A stretch of 64,000 nt of DNA from Patescibacteria group bacterium (GTDB lineage Bacteria; Patescibacteriota; Patescibacteriia; UBA9934). Under the pieces are notes generated by a model. It saw only the letters and a program-made list of their open reading frames with translations. It was not told the DNA's origin and did not search any database. The position numbers and the translations under genes are program-made. Every line of letters begins with the position of its first letter. The first letter of the stretch is position 1. The stretch spans positions 20,386 through 84,385 of the forward strand of contig JBAYHI010000005.1 of NCBI GenBank assembly GCA_041666205.1, in the 5' to 3' direction. Below, one piece after another: positions 33,106 through 43,775 of this stretch.

Positions 33106-33558
33106 TTATTCTACGGCTTCAGGAATCGCCACAAACGACGGTCGAATGACTTCCCCATTAACCATTACGGGCAAGTCCTCTTCCATCACAAACTGCTGAT
33201 CGCCGTTATCCGCATGAAGGAGGGCGACATATTTGTAGCCTGAAGACATGGGCGTATCCAAAGAGATGATGACATTTTGGTGCTCGCCTGTTTCCAAATA
33301 CCCCGATGTCCCAATCACCGCTGCGGGAGCATCCGACATGGTTTCGTGAATTGTCACAAATCCAGGCGCCACGAGCGTGGTGGAAAACGTTACCAAATCC
33401 GTTTGATTTTGATCCACAATTGTGATCGATCCCCCGCCAACATCCACCGGATGATATGCAAGCTCATCGTCTGCTACAGGCGCAAACTGAAAAAAACAAT
33501 ATAAGCCCCCTAAAACGAGGAGCATGACCGCAATCCAAATCAAATCAATTTTTCTCAT
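33106..33558 (-). CDS. hypothetical membrane-anchored/secreted protein
   Basis: N-terminal TM anchor, then beta-rich region; no motif recognised. Confidence 0.45.
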   Translation of the reverse strand: MRKIDLIWIAVMLLVLGGLYCFFQFAPVADDELAYHPVDVGGGSITIVDQNQTDLVTFSTTLVAPGFVTIHETMSDAPAAVIGTSGYLETGEHQNVIISLDTPMSSGYKYVALLHADNGDQQFVMEEDLPVMVNGEVIRPSFVAIPEAVE

Positions 33559-34337
33559 AATGCGAGTTTTGGTTCTGGAGTTAAGATTTCAAACCCGTCA
33601 TCGGTCACTGCGACCGTCACTTCAAAATGTGCAGCATCTGACCCATCGGCGGTTTCAATGGTCCATCCATCTTCCCCAGTTGCAATATCATCGCCTCCGG
33701 TTGTGAGCATGGGTTCAATTGCCAGGCACATTCCTTTTTGCATGAGGAGTTTTGGCGTGCGACGTGTACGATAATTTGGAATATTGGGTTCTTCGTGAAC
33801 CCCATGCCCAACGCCGTGACCAACCAATGCGCGGACAATCCCGAATGTATTGGTATCAACCGAATCTTCTACCGCAGCACCGATATCGGTAATGGCATTG
33901 CCCGGACGCACAGCCTCAAGCCCCGCAAACATCGACTCGCGCGTCGCGCGCACAAGCGCCAAACGTTCTTTTGTAACCGAGCCAATGGGCTTCGTAGCAG
34001 CCATATCGGTTGCCAAGCCTTTGTACCAACACCCGATGTCGAATCCAACAATATCGCCTTCTTGAAGCAAGATATCGCGCGTGCCAATGCCGTGCACGAT
34101 TTCTTGATTGCGTGAAATGCAAAGCGTTGCAGGATAGGGCGTGCTATCGCCCCCATCGTGATACCCACGAAATGACGGCGTGCCTCCACCCTCTTCAATA
34201 ATGCGCGTAGCAAGTTCGTCGAGCGTGCGCATGCTGACTCCCGGTTTTGCCGCGTCGAGCGCCGCTTGAAGTGCACGCGACAACAAGGCCCCACCTTGGC
34301 GCATGATTTCAATTTCGGCATCGGTCTTGATAAGTGC
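33555..34337 (-). CDS. map: methionine aminopeptidase type I
   Basis: Pita-bread fold metal ligands: ...GDIVGFDIGCWYKGLATDMA..., HGVGHGVHEEP, LAIEPMLT, C-terminal EVTVAVTDDGFEILT. Start set at MALIKTD. Confidence 0.85.
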   Translation of the reverse strand, partial: ALIKTDAEIEIMRQGGALLSRALQAALDAAKPGVSMRTLDELATRIIEEGGGTPSFRGYHDGGDSTPYPATLCISRNQEIVHGIGTRDILLQEGDIVGFDIGCWYKGLATDMAATKPIGSVTKERLALVRATRESMFAGLEAVRPGNAITDIGAAVEDSVDTNTFGIVRALVGHGVGHGVHEEPNIPNYRTRRTPKLLMQKGMCLAIEPMLTTGGDDIATGEDGWTIETADGSDAAHFEVTVAVTDDGFEILTPEPKLAL

Positions 34338-34341
34338 CATA

Positions 34342-34893
34342 TTAAATTTGAAGGGCGGCAGCAATACGCTGTTCTACCTCATCCATCGTGCCCATCCCAT
34401 CAATGCGATGCACAATCCCGCGCTCTGCGTACTTTTCGATCATCGGCTTTGTGCTCGTTTCGTAAATGCTCAATCGTTTTTTGATAATTTCTTCCGAATC
34501 GTCCGCACGTGCTTCAATGGCAGCTCGTTTGAGAAGACGCGTCATGGATTCTTCGTATGGCACATCAATCACCACAATGGCGGTTGGCTGATCAAACGTA
34601 TCGTACGCGTCAAACTGGGATTGATTTCGAGGATACCCATCAAGAATATAGCCATTGCTCGCATCAGGCTGCTCCAAACGGCGCTTGAGTGTAGCGAGCG
34701 CCACCATATCGGAGACCAATTCCCCACGACCGGTAATAATGGCGTCGATTTCTTTTCCAAGCTCGGAACCCGTTGCAATTTCATCGCGAAGCAAAGCGCC
34801 CATCGAAAGCGCCGGTATTCCTAATTTTGCGCTCAAACGCGTGGCTTGAGTGCCTTTTCCGCTTCCCTGTGGACCAAGAATGAGTATTTTATG
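34342..34893 (-). CDS. adk: adenylate kinase
   Basis: MHKILILGPQGSGKGTQATRLSAKLGIP; LID and NMP-binding regions; 183 aa. Confidence 0.9.
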   Translation of the reverse strand, partial: HKILILGPQGSGKGTQATRLSAKLGIPALSMGALLRDEIATGSELGKEIDAIITGRGELVSDMVALATLKRRLEQPDASNGYILDGYPRNQSQFDAYDTFDQPTAIVVIDVPYEESMTRLLKRAAIEARADDSEEIIKKRLSIYETSTKPMIEKYAERGIVHRIDGMGTMDEVEQRIAAALQI

Positions 34894-34996
34894 CATAGAT
34901 TTTGTGTTTCGAGCGTACCGCGAAATTGTGTGTTTGGCAAGATAACCTCTCAAAATCAAACACCGGCCCTTACGAGCCGGCGTTTTCTATTAAATC

Positions 34997-36271
34997 TTAG
35001 GAAATCTCGTACTTGCGCATAGTCACCTGCGACTCGATTTGCTTCAACATATCAATCACAACCGATACCACGATGATGACAGAAGAACCACCAACAATAA
35101 GGTTTTGCGTGCCCGTCATTTGTTGAGCAATCATTGGTAAGATTGCAACCGTTGAAAGGAAAATGGCACCAAGGAGCAAGACACGATTCTTTACCCAATT
35201 GAGATACGTTGAGGTTTGAATACCTGGACGAATGCCAGGAATAAAGCCACCCTGTTTTTGCAAGTTCTCCGCAATGTTTTCCGGCTTGTAAATAACCGAT
35301 GCGTAGAAGAACGTGAATGCAAACACCAAGATGAAATAGGCAGCCGCGTAGAACAACTGATTATTGAAAAGCTGAATAGTGAATGTGGCTGCCTGTTGCA
35401 ACAATTCTGTTCGTGCATTTTGGAAGTATTGTGCAATGAGTGGTGGGAATACAATAATGGCAACCGCAAAGATGATTGGAATCATGCCACCCATGTTCAA
35501 GCGCATTGGGAGAGAGGATGTCACCTTCTGGCCTGCTCCACCTCGCACGCCTCGTGCATATTGCACGGGAATATTGCGCTGTGCTTCGTTCATAATCACA
35601 ACCGCAACCACGGTGACGAGTGCCAAGATCACGAAAATGATCATATTAAGAAGAGCATCTGGCGTATAGGTTGCCACGGCATTTTGGACAAACTGAGGGA
35701 GCCCAGCAATCACACCTGCCAAAATAATGACCGATGTTCCATTCCCCACATGTCGTTCCGAAATAAGCTCCCCAAGCCACAATAGGAATACCGTTCCCGC
35801 CGTCATGGCCGTGAGCGCAATAAACATCGTGAGTGGAGACAAATCAAACGATCCAGCAAGACCCAATCCCTTTTGCGCGAAAATGGCAATAATGCCGTAT
35901 CCTTGCAAGTAAGAAAGTGGAATGGTTGCGAGTCGTGTCCAGCGATTGATTTTTTGTCGTCCTTGCTCTTCTTTTTGCATCTCTTCGATTTGTGGGAAGA
36001 TCATGCCAAGAAGCTGGAAAATAATGGAAGACGTGATGTATGGCCCAAGCCCCATGGCAACAATCGAGAAATTCTCCAAGCTACTTCCGGAGAACATATT
36101 CAAGAGTCCCAAGAATTGATTGGAGTTCAACAAATCGCCAATACCGGATGGATCAATGCCCGGAACCGTAATGTGGGCCGCGATACGAAAAATTGTAATG
36201 CTAAGAAGAATCAAGAGTAAGCTTTCACGCAACTCTTTAATCTTCCAGATGCGTCGCAGGTATTCCCACAT
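34997..36271 (-). CDS. secY: preprotein translocase subunit SecY
   Basis: 10-TM SecY pattern; LNMFSGSSLENFSIVAMGLGPYITSSII; position after rplO. Confidence 0.9.
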   Translation of the reverse strand: MWEYLRRIWKIKELRESLLLILLSITIFRIAAHITVPGIDPSGIGDLLNSNQFLGLLNMFSGSSLENFSIVAMGLGPYITSSIIFQLLGMIFPQIEEMQKEEQGRQKINRWTRLATIPLSYLQGYGIIAIFAQKGLGLAGSFDLSPLTMFIALTAMTAGTVFLLWLGELISERHVGNGTSVIILAGVIAGLPQFVQNAVATYTPDALLNMIIFVILALVTVVAVVIMNEAQRNIPVQYARGVRGGAGQKVTSSLPMRLNMGGMIPIIFAVAIIVFPPLIAQYFQNARTELLQQAATFTIQLFNNQLFYAAAYFILVFAFTFFYASVIYKPENIAENLQKQGGFIPGIRPGIQTSTYLNWVKNRVLLLGAIFLSTVAILPMIAQQMTGTQNLIVGGSSVIIVVSVVIDMLKQIESQVTMRKYEIS

Positions 36272-36283
36272 AGGAAAAAATTG

Positions 36284-36724
36284 TTAAGCGATCACGTTGC
36301 CACCGGCCTTGCTGATTTTTTCAGCGGCGGTTTTTGAAATAAGACATCCCTGAACAACAAGATTAATCGTAAGTTCCCCGTCTCCCAAAATTTTTACTCC
36401 GTGTGCAATCGATTCAACTGCGCCTTTTTCAAGCAGTGTTTTTGGATTTACGGTATTTCCGGCTTTGAAGTGTTTTTGAAGATCAGAAACATTGACCGTT
36501 GCTGGTTTTGCTCGCAACGATTTGAATCCGCGTACCTTTGGTGTTGCCAAAAGCATTTTGCGCATGCCCAAACGCTTGAGTCCGCCAACGCCAGAACGAG
36601 ATTTCTGACCTTTTTGTCCGCGACCAGCGGTTGTGCCTTTGCCGGATCCATGTCCACGGCCAACGCGCATTTTCTTTTTTGCGCGACCTTTGGACGCTGT
36701 AAGTTCATTGAGAGAAATTGTCAT
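36284..36724 (-). CDS. rplO: 50S ribosomal protein uL15
   Basis: RVGRGHGSGKGTTAGRGQKGQKSRSG. Confidence 0.9.
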   Translation of the reverse strand: MTISLNELTASKGRAKKKMRVGRGHGSGKGTTAGRGQKGQKSRSGVGGLKRLGMRKMLLATPKVRGFKSLRAKPATVNVSDLQKHFKAGNTVNPKTLLEKGAVESIAHGVKILGDGELTINLVVQGCLISKTAAEKISKAGGNVIA

Positions 36725-36733
36725 ACAAGAATA

Positions 36734-37378
36734 TTAGGCGACGGTTTCTTCCGCAACCGCAACAGATGCTTTTGCAATGGCCTTTGGAGCAGCGATGCGA
36801 GGTTTCAAAGACTTGAGGGCCAAAAAGGTTGCGCGCGCATTGTTGATTTTATTGTTTGATCCTTTGATCTTTGAGACCGCATTTGGCACCCCCGCCAATT
36901 CTAGCACGGTGCGTACCGCACCTCCACATTTGAGTCCAGTACCCAGTGGTGCTGGTTTCAAAATAATTTCTGCGGCACCAAATTTTGATGCAATATTGTG
37001 TGGGATGGTTTCTTTGGCAATTGGTACAACGATCAAATGCTTTTTCGCCTGACGGAAGGCTTTTTCAACAGCTGCCGCAACGTCTCCCCCCTTGGCAATC
37101 CCCATTCCAACCTGACCTTTGCGATCGCCAATGATAAGACAGGCACGAAAACGCATGCGTTTTCCACCTTTGGTAACGCGTGTTACGCGAGCCAAATCAA
37201 GAATCTTTTGCTCAAATTCACGAGGTTCACGCTTTTCGCCTCCACGACGATTATCACGTCGGCGATTGTCGCCACCGCGATTTCCCCCGCGATCTTGGCC
37301 TGCGCGATCTCCGTTTCGTCCGCCGCGGTCAGATCCTGGGCGTTTTGCTGGAGTGAATGTTGGTTTGATATCCGTCAT
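36734..37378 (-). CDS. rpsE: 30S ribosomal protein uS5 with RG-rich N-terminal extension
   Basis: KGGKRMRFRACLIIGDRKGQVGMGIAKGGDVAAAVEKAF; ~60-aa Arg/Gly/Asp-rich N-terminal tail. Confidence 0.9.
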   Translation of the reverse strand: MTDIKPTFTPAKRPGSDRGGRNGDRAGQDRGGNRGGDNRRRDNRRGGEKREPREFEQKILDLARVTRVTKGGKRMRFRACLIIGDRKGQVGMGIAKGGDVAAAVEKAFRQAKKHLIVVPIAKETIPHNIASKFGAAEIILKPAPLGTGLKCGGAVRTVLELAGVPNAVSKIKGSNNKINNARATFLALKSLKPRIAAPKAIAKASVAVAEETVA

Positions 37379-37380
37379 AC

Positions 37381-37737
37381 TTAGAATTGAAGACCAGATG
37401 CACGCGCGCCTTCGGCGAGCGCTTTTACTGCACCGGCATATTGATAAGAGCCTCGATCAAAGACAACGGCGTTGACGCCGGCTGCAATGGCGCGCTTCCC
37501 GAGTTCTTCTCCGATTTGACGTGCGATCTCAACAGGTTTGCCTTTGAGTTTCAATTGCATGTCAGATGCGGAGACGATGGTCTTGCCGGTTTCATCGTTA
37601 ATGAGTTGAGCTGAAATATGGCGAACCGAGCGGAAAACAGAAAGACGTGGGCGCAGAGATGTGCCTTCAATCTTGGCGCGCGTGCGATTTGCACGTCGGG
37701 TCATTTTGGCTCGTTTTTCTTTCATGGCGTCTTTCAT
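37381..37737 (-). CDS. rplR: 50S ribosomal protein uL18
   Basis: RLSVFRSVRHISAQLINDETGKTIVSAS. Confidence 0.9.
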   Translation of the reverse strand: MKDAMKEKRAKMTRRANRTRAKIEGTSLRPRLSVFRSVRHISAQLINDETGKTIVSASDMQLKLKGKPVEIARQIGEELGKRAIAAGVNAVVFDRGSYQYAGAVKALAEGARASGLQF

Positions 37738-37738
37738 A

Positions 37739-38290
37739 CTATTCGCTCTTAGCCGCTTTTCCTACCTTGCGGCGAATCACCTCATCGGTGTATTTAAATC
37801 CTTTGCCTTTATATGGCTCTGGTTTCTTGAGACTACGAATTTCCGCAGCTACATAGCCAACGGTCTCGCGATTCATCCCAGTGATTTTCATGACATTCCC
37901 CTCAATGGTCACCGTAATTCCTTCTGGAACTGGATACAAAATATCATGAGAAAACCCAAGGTTCAATTTGATATTTTTCCCAGCAAGTGCCATGCGGTAA
38001 CCAACTCCATTGAGTTCAAGGGATTTTTGCCATCCTTCGTTCACCCCAATCACCATATTGGCAAGGTGTGCACGCGTGGTTCCCCAAATCACGGAATCCA
38101 TGATTGGATCCGCTGCGGTTACTTTAAGCACGCGGCTCCCGTCTTCTTGCGTCACTTCTTCAGCTGAAATTACCGCTGGCAACGTACGCACAAGCGATCC
38201 TTTTGGTCCCTTCACCGTGATCTCTTTTCCATCCAAGGAAATCGAGACCGCGCTTGGGAGTGTAATCAATTTTTTTCCAATGCGTGACAT
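37739..38290 (-). CDS. rplF: 50S ribosomal protein uL6
   Basis: MSRIGKKLITLPSAVSISLDGKEITVKGPKG; start trimmed from ORF track. Confidence 0.9.
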   Translation of the reverse strand: MSRIGKKLITLPSAVSISLDGKEITVKGPKGSLVRTLPAVISAEEVTQEDGSRVLKVTAADPIMDSVIWGTTRAHLANMVIGVNEGWQKSLELNGVGYRMALAGKNIKLNLGFSHDILYPVPEGITVTIEGNVMKITGMNRETVGYVAAEIRSLKKPEPYKGKGFKYTDEVIRRKVGKAAKSE

Positions 38291-38294
38291 ATGC

Positions 38295-38690
38295 TTAGAA
38301 TACTTCGCAAATAATCTCTCCACCCAAACGCTGTTTTTTCGCGTCCACATTTGTCATGAGTCCGTTTGGTGTTGAAAGAATCGCTCGGCCCATGCCATAG
38401 CAGACTTGATAAATCTCGTCTGACTTCACATAGACGCGACGACTTGGTTTGGAAACACGTTTAATTCCGCGAATGATGGACGCACGCTTTTCATCGTACT
38501 TCAAATGAATGCGCATCATCGGACGATCGCCCTCTTGATATTGTTCAACTCGTCCTACAAATCCCTCTTGTTCGAGGATTTTTGCAATCCCATATTTCAT
38601 CTTCGACAGAGGAATAATAACCTCATGTCCATGAACCATGGATGCATTGCGAATGCGGGAGAGCATGTCTGAAATTGGATCTGTCATCAT
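38295..38690 (-). CDS. rpsH: 30S ribosomal protein uS8
   Basis: MMTDPISDMLSRIRNASMVHGHEV. Confidence 0.9.
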   Translation of the reverse strand: MMTDPISDMLSRIRNASMVHGHEVIIPLSKMKYGIAKILEQEGFVGRVEQYQEGDRPMMRIHLKYDEKRASIIRGIKRVSKPSRRVYVKSDEIYQVCYGMGRAILSTPNGLMTNVDAKKQRLGGEIICEVF

Positions 38691-38691
38691 A

Positions 38692-38877
38692 CTACCAACT
38701 TGCTTTTTTAATACCCGGAATAAGTCCTTTATTCGCGAGTTCACGGAAACAAATACGGCACAAGCCGAAATCACGCATATACGCGCGCTGACGCCCGCAT
38801 TTCCAGCAGCGATTCACGCGACGCGTCATATACTTTTGCGTCTTTTTGGTCTTTGCAATTTGATTTTCTGTAGCCAT
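38692..38877 (-). CDS. rpsZ: 30S ribosomal protein uS14, zinc-binding type Z
   Basis: 61 aa, [23 protein letters not shown]. Confidence 0.9.
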   Translation of the reverse strand: MATENQIAKTKKTQKYMTRRVNRCWKCGRQRAYMRDFGLCRICFRELANKGLIPGIKKASW

Positions 38878-38879
38878 AC

Positions 38880-39416
38880 TTATTTCTTAAATGGAAATCC
38901 CAGCGCCTGGAACAAAGCCATTCCTTCTTTCTGATTTGTTGCTGTCGTGGTAATCGTGACCTGCAATCCATGCAATGCCTCGATTTCGTCGGAAGAAATT
39001 TCTGGAAACGCGGTGTGTTCTTTGAATCCTACATTGAAATTTCCATAGGAATCCACCGTGGTTGTCGTAATACCTCGGAAGTCACGAATACGTGGAAATG
39101 TGACATTCACGAGTTTCTCAATGAAGTCCCATGCACGCTCGCCTCGCAAGGTGACCATGGCACCAACCACCATATTCTCACGGACTTTGAATCCAGCGAT
39201 GGATTTTCGTGCACGCGTAAGAACCGGCTTCTGGCCCGTGATACGGCGGAGCGTGTTTTCAATCACTTCCATGGCTTTTGGATCTTTCTTGCTGCTCAAA
39301 CGCGCATTGATCGTCACCTTCTTCACGCGTGGCACTTCCAAATCATTGGAAAGACCAAGCGAAGCTTTGAGCGCCGCACGGATTTCTTTATTGTATTTTT
39401 CTTTCAACGTATTCAT
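38880..39416 (-). CDS. rplE: 50S ribosomal protein uL5
   Basis: [21 protein letters not shown]...[32 protein letters not shown]. Confidence 0.9.
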   Translation of the reverse strand: MNTLKEKYNKEIRAALKASLGLSNDLEVPRVKKVTINARLSSKKDPKAMEVIENTLRRITGQKPVLTRARKSIAGFKVRENMVVGAMVTLRGERAWDFIEKLVNVTFPRIRDFRGITTTTVDSYGNFNVGFKEHTAFPEISSDEIEALHGLQVTITTTATNQKEGMALFQALGFPFKK

Positions 39417-39425
39417 ACAGTGAAA

Positions 39426-39743
39426 TTAAGCAAGATCCTCAATGCCGCGTTTTGATTTGAGCACGCGAACTTTTGTCTTTTTTCCGGCAGCTTCGATCGT
39501 TTTATACCCCACGCGACCGTTTCCTTGTTTTCCAACAACGGAAACATTCGATACGTGAATTGGCGCATTGAATTCCACACGCTGACCAGGTTGAGTGCCA
39601 CGCTTGCGCAAATGCTTTGTGGATTTATTCACCCCTTCAACAACAACCGTGCCCAACTCTGGGAATACCTGAACAACCTTCCCGGTTTTGCCGCGATCTT
39701 TTCCTGTGAGGACTCGAACCATGTCTCCGCTTTTGATTTTCAT
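39426..39743 (-). CDS. rplX: 50S ribosomal protein uL24
   Basis: MKIKSGDMVRVLTGKDRGKTGKVVQV (KOW motif); start trimmed. Confidence 0.9.
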   Translation of the reverse strand: MKIKSGDMVRVLTGKDRGKTGKVVQVFPELGTVVVEGVNKSTKHLRKRGTQPGQRVEFNAPIHVSNVSVVGKQGNGRVGYKTIEAAGKKTKVRVLKSKRGIEDLA

Positions 39744-39747
39744 ATGA

Positions 39748-40119
39748 TTAGAGTACTTCTGGGGCCAAGGAAATAATTTTTGTGAACCCCTCGGCACGCA
39801 ATTCTCGGGCAACCGGCCCAAAGATACGTGTGCCTTTTGGTTCTTTTGAATCCTTATCGATAATCACAGCCGCGTTTTCATCGAAACGAATGTAGGAGCC
39901 GTTTGCGCGACGTGTTTCTTTTTTGGTGCGGACAATGACCGCATGCACCACATCGCTCTTTTTGACTGCACAATGTGGCGTTGCTTCTTTCACAACTGCG
40001 GTAATAACGTCCCCAATGCGTCCATAATGTTTTTGAAACCCACCGTGTAAGCGAACAAGCTGAAGCTTTTTGGCTCCGGTATTATCCGCGACGGCAAGCA
40101 TGGATCGATGTTGCAACAT
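39748..40119 (-). CDS. rplN: 50S ribosomal protein uL14
   Basis: [24 protein letters not shown]. Confidence 0.9.
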   Translation of the reverse strand: MLQHRSMLAVADNTGAKKLQLVRLHGGFQKHYGRIGDVITAVVKEATPHCAVKKSDVVHAVIVRTKKETRRANGSYIRFDENAAVIIDKDSKEPKGTRIFGPVARELRAEGFTKIISLAPEVL

Positions 40120-40120
40120 A

Positions 40121-40375
40121 TTAGACTTTGATACTTACAAGTTGCCAACGCTTCTCTTTTGAAAGCGGGCGCATTTCTTCAATCACGACCACATCTCCAA
40201 CCGATGCTTTTTCTTCTGGATCATGCACTTTGTACTTTGTGCTGACCGCAAAGCGTTTGAGATATTTTGCGTGCAATACCGTGCGATCAACGCGAACAAC
40301 AATCGTCTTTTGCATTTTATCGGAGACGACGATGCCTTCGAGCTGACGGCGGCCTTTTTGTGTTTGTTCTGTCAT
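40121..40375 (-). CDS. rpsQ: 30S ribosomal protein uS17
   Basis: [31 protein letters not shown]. Confidence 0.9.
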   Translation of the reverse strand: MTEQTQKGRRQLEGIVVSDKMQKTIVVRVDRTVLHAKYLKRFAVSTKYKVHDPEEKASVGDVVVIEEMRPLSKEKRWQLVSIKV

Positions 40376-40378
40376 ATC

Positions 40379-40579
40379 CTATTTTACTTCTTCGCGAATC
40401 GCTTGCGCGAGACGGGTTCGCATTTGTGCGATCCCTTGCTTAATGGTTCGAATTTCTCGTACATTGCGAACTTGATTCACCGAGGTTTTCATGCGCAATC
40501 CAAACAGTTGCGCTCGTGATTCCGCAAGCATTTTTTCGAGTTCACCCGACTTCTTTGATTGTAAATCTTTATATTCCAT
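40379..40579 (-). CDS. rpmC: 50S ribosomal protein uL29
   Basis: MEYKDLQSKKSGELEKMLAESRAQLFGLRM. Confidence 0.85.
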   Translation of the reverse strand: MEYKDLQSKKSGELEKMLAESRAQLFGLRMKTSVNQVRNVREIRTIKQGIAQMRTRLAQAIREEVK

Positions 40580-40580
40580 A

Positions 40581-40994
40581 CTAGTCGCGTGTCACGAACT
40601 TTGTATTAACCGGGAGTTTATGTGCAGCCAAGCGCAAGGCTTCGCGTGCCTCCGCTTCTGTCACGCCATCCATTTCAAACAAGACGGTTCCAGGTTTCAC
40701 AGGCGTCATAAAGTAATCCACGCCACCTTTTCCTTTTCCCATTGGAACTTCTGCTCCATGGTTTGTAACTGGATGATCTGGGAAAATACGCACCCAAATT
40801 TTGCCACCGCGCTTTACGTAGTGCGTAACTGCGCGACGTGCAGCCTCGATTTGACGCGCCGTCACCCATGCCTCTGAGGTGGCTTTGAGTCCGTATTGTC
40901 CAAAATCGACAAGCGTTTTTTGTGTCGCAATGCGATCGCCGCTTGAACGGCGCTTCATTGCTTTACGGAATTTCATTTTTTTCGGCATCAACAT
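40581..40994 (-). CDS. rplP: 50S ribosomal protein uL16
   Basis: MLMPKKMKFRKAMKRRSSGDRIATQKT... Confidence 0.9.
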   Translation of the reverse strand: MLMPKKMKFRKAMKRRSSGDRIATQKTLVDFGQYGLKATSEAWVTARQIEAARRAVTHYVKRGGKIWVRIFPDHPVTNHGAEVPMGKGKGGVDYFMTPVKPGTVLFEMDGVTEAEAREALRLAAHKLPVNTKFVTRD

Positions 40995-41003
40995 ATTCCC
41001 TGA

Positions 41004-41693
41004 TTATGACACGTTGCGGCGCACAGGCTTTTCGAGTACCTGTTTTTCCGCGGTTTCAAAAACTTCTCCTTTATAAATCCACACCTTTACCCCAATGGTT
41101 CCCCAAATCGTATGTGCAGTCACGCGTGCGAAATCAATATCGGCACGAAGATTGTGGAGTGGAATACTTCCTTCTGAACGTGCTTCGCGACGTGCAATTT
41201 CTGATCCATTCAAACGACCACCAACCATGACGCGTACCCCTTTGGCACCGGATTTCATAACGCGTTCCACCGCCATTTTAAGCGATCGACGGAATGGCAT
41301 ACGCTTTTCGATTTCGCTCGCGATTTGCTGACCAACGATGCGAGCAGAAAGCGATGGATGCGCAACTTCCGAAACGTTCACCGTGAGCGCAATGCGCTTG
41401 CCACGGAAGAACTTTTTCTGAATTTTCTTTGTGAGTTCTTCGATTCCAGCGCCAGCTCGGCCAATAATAAACCCTGGTTTGCCGGAATAAATCGTCACGG
41501 AAATTTTATTGGAATTGCGATCAATCATGATGGAATCCACGCTTGCCTCCTTGAGTTCTTTCATGAGATATTCACGAATGCGAACATCATCTCGAAGAAA
41601 CCCAACGAAATTTTTTCGTGAGGCGAACCATTTCGAATCCCAACGATAAATCGTTGAAAGTCGGAAGACTTTTGGATGAATCTTTGTTCCCAT
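41004..41693 (-). CDS. rpsC: 30S ribosomal protein uS3
   Basis: MGTKIHPKVFRLSTIYRWDSKWFA; KH domain. Confidence 0.9.
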   Translation of the reverse strand: MGTKIHPKVFRLSTIYRWDSKWFASRKNFVGFLRDDVRIREYLMKELKEASVDSIMIDRNSNKISVTIYSGKPGFIIGRAGAGIEELTKKIQKKFFRGKRIALTVNVSEVAHPSLSARIVGQQIASEIEKRMPFRRSLKMAVERVMKSGAKGVRVMVGGRLNGSEIARREARSEGSIPLHNLRADIDFARVTAHTIWGTIGVKVWIYKGEVFETAEKQVLEKPVRRNVS

Positions 41694-41694
41694 A

Positions 41695-42108
41695 TTAGTT
41701 CTTCACTTCTTTAACCGCACGAGCGTTGCGAGCGCGTGGTGTTTTTGAAATTGTGGCGTCTGGCATCTTGGCGGATTCCATCTCGTCGAGCACCAAGGTG
41801 ATGTGCGACATACGCTTTCGAATTGGCGTTGCGCTTCCATGTGCCTTTGGCGTCATGCGATGAATTTTTGGCCCTTCGTTTACGAATGCCTTGGCAATTT
41901 TCATCTTAATCGGATCCAACTGATAATTATGCACCGCATTGGCTTTGGCAGATCGAAGGAGTTTCAATACAACCTTTGCGGCATCTTTATTGCTGAACAA
42001 AAGTTGATGTTCTGCATCGGTGACAGAACGACCTCGCACCAAATCAACAACCAACCGAGTTTTTCGGGGGGCGATGCGAATAAATTTTGCACTCACGGTA
42101 ATCGTCAT
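41695..42108 (-). CDS. rplV: 50S ribosomal protein uL22
   Basis: ISAKFIRIAPRKTRLVVDLVRGRSV. Confidence 0.9.
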   Translation of the reverse strand: MTITVSAKFIRIAPRKTRLVVDLVRGRSVTDAEHQLLFSNKDAAKVVLKLLRSAKANAVHNYQLDPIKMKIAKAFVNEGPKIHRMTPKAHGSATPIRKRMSHITLVLDEMESAKMPDATISKTPRARNARAVKEVKN

Positions 42109-42111
42109 ACA

Positions 42112-42441
42112 TTATTTTTTTACAGGAGCGGCAGGTGCGCCAGCAACAGGAGCTCCTGGTTTTCCGGCTTCCACAACTTCCGAAACCTTTCCGCCATGGC
42201 GGAAGAATTTACGTGTTGGAGAAAATTCCCCAAGTTTGTGGCCAACCATATTTTCCTCAATGCGAACCTGAATGAAGTTGCGCCCATTGTGTACGGCAAA
42301 TGTGAATCCAACCATTTGAGGTGCAATCGTCGAAGAACGTGCCCAGGTTTTAATGACCGTTTTGTCGCCAATGCGAAGCTTGCCCACTTTTTCCATGAGC
42401 TTTGCGTCGATGAATGGCCCTTTTTTCAAACTACGTGTCAT
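42112..42441 (-). CDS. rpsS: 30S ribosomal protein uS19 with Ala/Pro-rich C-terminal tail
   Basis: [19 protein letters not shown]...; C-terminal [17 protein letters not shown] extension. Confidence 0.9.
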   Translation of the reverse strand: MTRSLKKGPFIDAKLMEKVGKLRIGDKTVIKTWARSSTIAPQMVGFTFAVHNGRNFIQVRIEENMVGHKLGEFSPTRKFFRHGGKVSEVVEAGKPGAPVAGAPAAPVKK

Positions 42442-42443
42442 AT

Positions 42444-43277
42444 TTATTTTTGGTAACGACGGCGAATAATCAAGAGGTCGGTTGGACCTGCCTTGCGTGT
42501 ACGAACACCAAGCGCATGTTTTCCTTGTGCCGTCTTTGGATACTTCAAACCAATGGAGTTCTTTCCTTCACCACCGCCGTGTGGGTGATCACATGGGTTC
42601 ATAACTTTTCCACGAACGGTTGGTCGAATGCTACGCATACGTGTGCGTCCAGCCTTTCCCCAACGAACAAGTCGCCAATCTGGATTTGAAACAGAACCAA
42701 CAGTTGCCATGCAGGAAGCAAGCACCATGCGCATTTCACCTGACGGCAAACGCACCGTGGCATATTCCCCTTCAATGGCCAATAGCATTGCACTGGTACC
42801 AGCACCTCGAACAATTTGTCCGCCTTTGCCAGGCTGCAATTCGATATTATAAATTGTTGCCCCTTCTGGAATATAGGCGAGTGGGAAACGTGATCCTGGA
42901 ATTGGATCGCCTTTTTCCTTGGAAGAAATAACACTCATGCCAACCGAAAGACCCTGTGGCGCGAGGATGTAGCGCTTTTCGCCATCGCGATACGTAACAA
43001 GCGCAATACGCGCACCACGATTTGGATCGTATTCAATGGTTGAAATCGTGCCTGGAATTTCAAACTTATCCTGTTTCCAGTCAATAACGCGGATGTGACG
43101 CTTCACGCCACCGCCACGATGTCGCACCGTAATTTTTCCGGTTAGACAACGGCCAGCCTGTTCTTTTTGGCTTACCAAAAGTGGACGGTACGGCGTATTG
43201 GTCGTGACGTCCGAAAAAGACTGAACGCTTGAATTGCGTCGTCCGGCGGAAGTTGGTTTGTAGATTTTAATTCCCAT
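42444..43277 (-). CDS. rplB: 50S ribosomal protein uL2
   Basis: [17 protein letters not shown]...[10 protein letters not shown]. Confidence 0.9.
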   Translation of the reverse strand: MGIKIYKPTSAGRRNSSVQSFSDVTTNTPYRPLLVSQKEQAGRCLTGKITVRHRGGGVKRHIRVIDWKQDKFEIPGTISTIEYDPNRGARIALVTYRDGEKRYILAPQGLSVGMSVISSKEKGDPIPGSRFPLAYIPEGATIYNIELQPGKGGQIVRGAGTSAMLLAIEGEYATVRLPSGEMRMVLASCMATVGSVSNPDWRLVRWGKAGRTRMRSIRPTVRGKVMNPCDHPHGGGEGKNSIGLKYPKTAQGKHALGVRTRKAGPTDLLIIRRRYQK

Positions 43278-43282
43278 ACAGT

Positions 43283-43774
43283 CTATACCCCTTCAAAAAT
43301 ATCAATGTGCGTTCCTTTTGGAACAGCAATGTAAGCTTTCTTGCGATTTGACTGTTTCCCCTCAGAGCGACCGAATCGAATGTGCTTTCCACGAATATTC
43401 ACCAAGTTTACGCGAATTGGCATCACATGGTAAAGCTCCTTGAACGCCTGCTTGATGGCAATGCGATTTGCATTGACTGCAACATCAAAGACCAATACAT
43501 TCTCGTCGGCCATATGAGCGCTTTTTTCTGAAACGACCGGACGAAGAAGTGTTTTTGTGACTTTTTCTGAAAGCATGGTATATGCCGGCTTCTTTTCTGG
43601 AGCCGCTTCTTTCTTTGTTGCTTTCTTGGTAGTTTTCTTTTCCGCTACGGGTGTTTTTACATCCGAAGTCTCCGCAGGGTTTTCTGCGTCGGCTTGCACC
43701 TTATTCTGAGCTGTTACAATGCTCTTTTTTTCTGGTGCTTCTTTTTCTTTTTGAAATCGTGAAAGAATACCCAT
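43283..43774 (-). CDS. rplW: 50S ribosomal protein uL23 with ~70-aa Lys/Glu/Ala-rich N-terminal extension
   Basis: C-terminal ~95 aa (...KTLLRPVVSEKSAHMADENVLVFDVAVNANRIAIKQAFKELY...) is uL23; N-terminus is low-complexity. Start set at 43774 to abut rplD. Confidence 0.8.
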   Translation of the reverse strand: MGILSRFQKEKEAPEKKSIVTAQNKVQADAENPAETSDVKTPVAEKKTTKKATKKEAAPEKKPAYTMLSEKVTKTLLRPVVSEKSAHMADENVLVFDVAVNANRIAIKQAFKELYHVMPIRVNLVNIRGKHIRFGRSEGKQSNRKKAYIAVPKGTHIDIFEGV

Positions 43775-43775
43775 A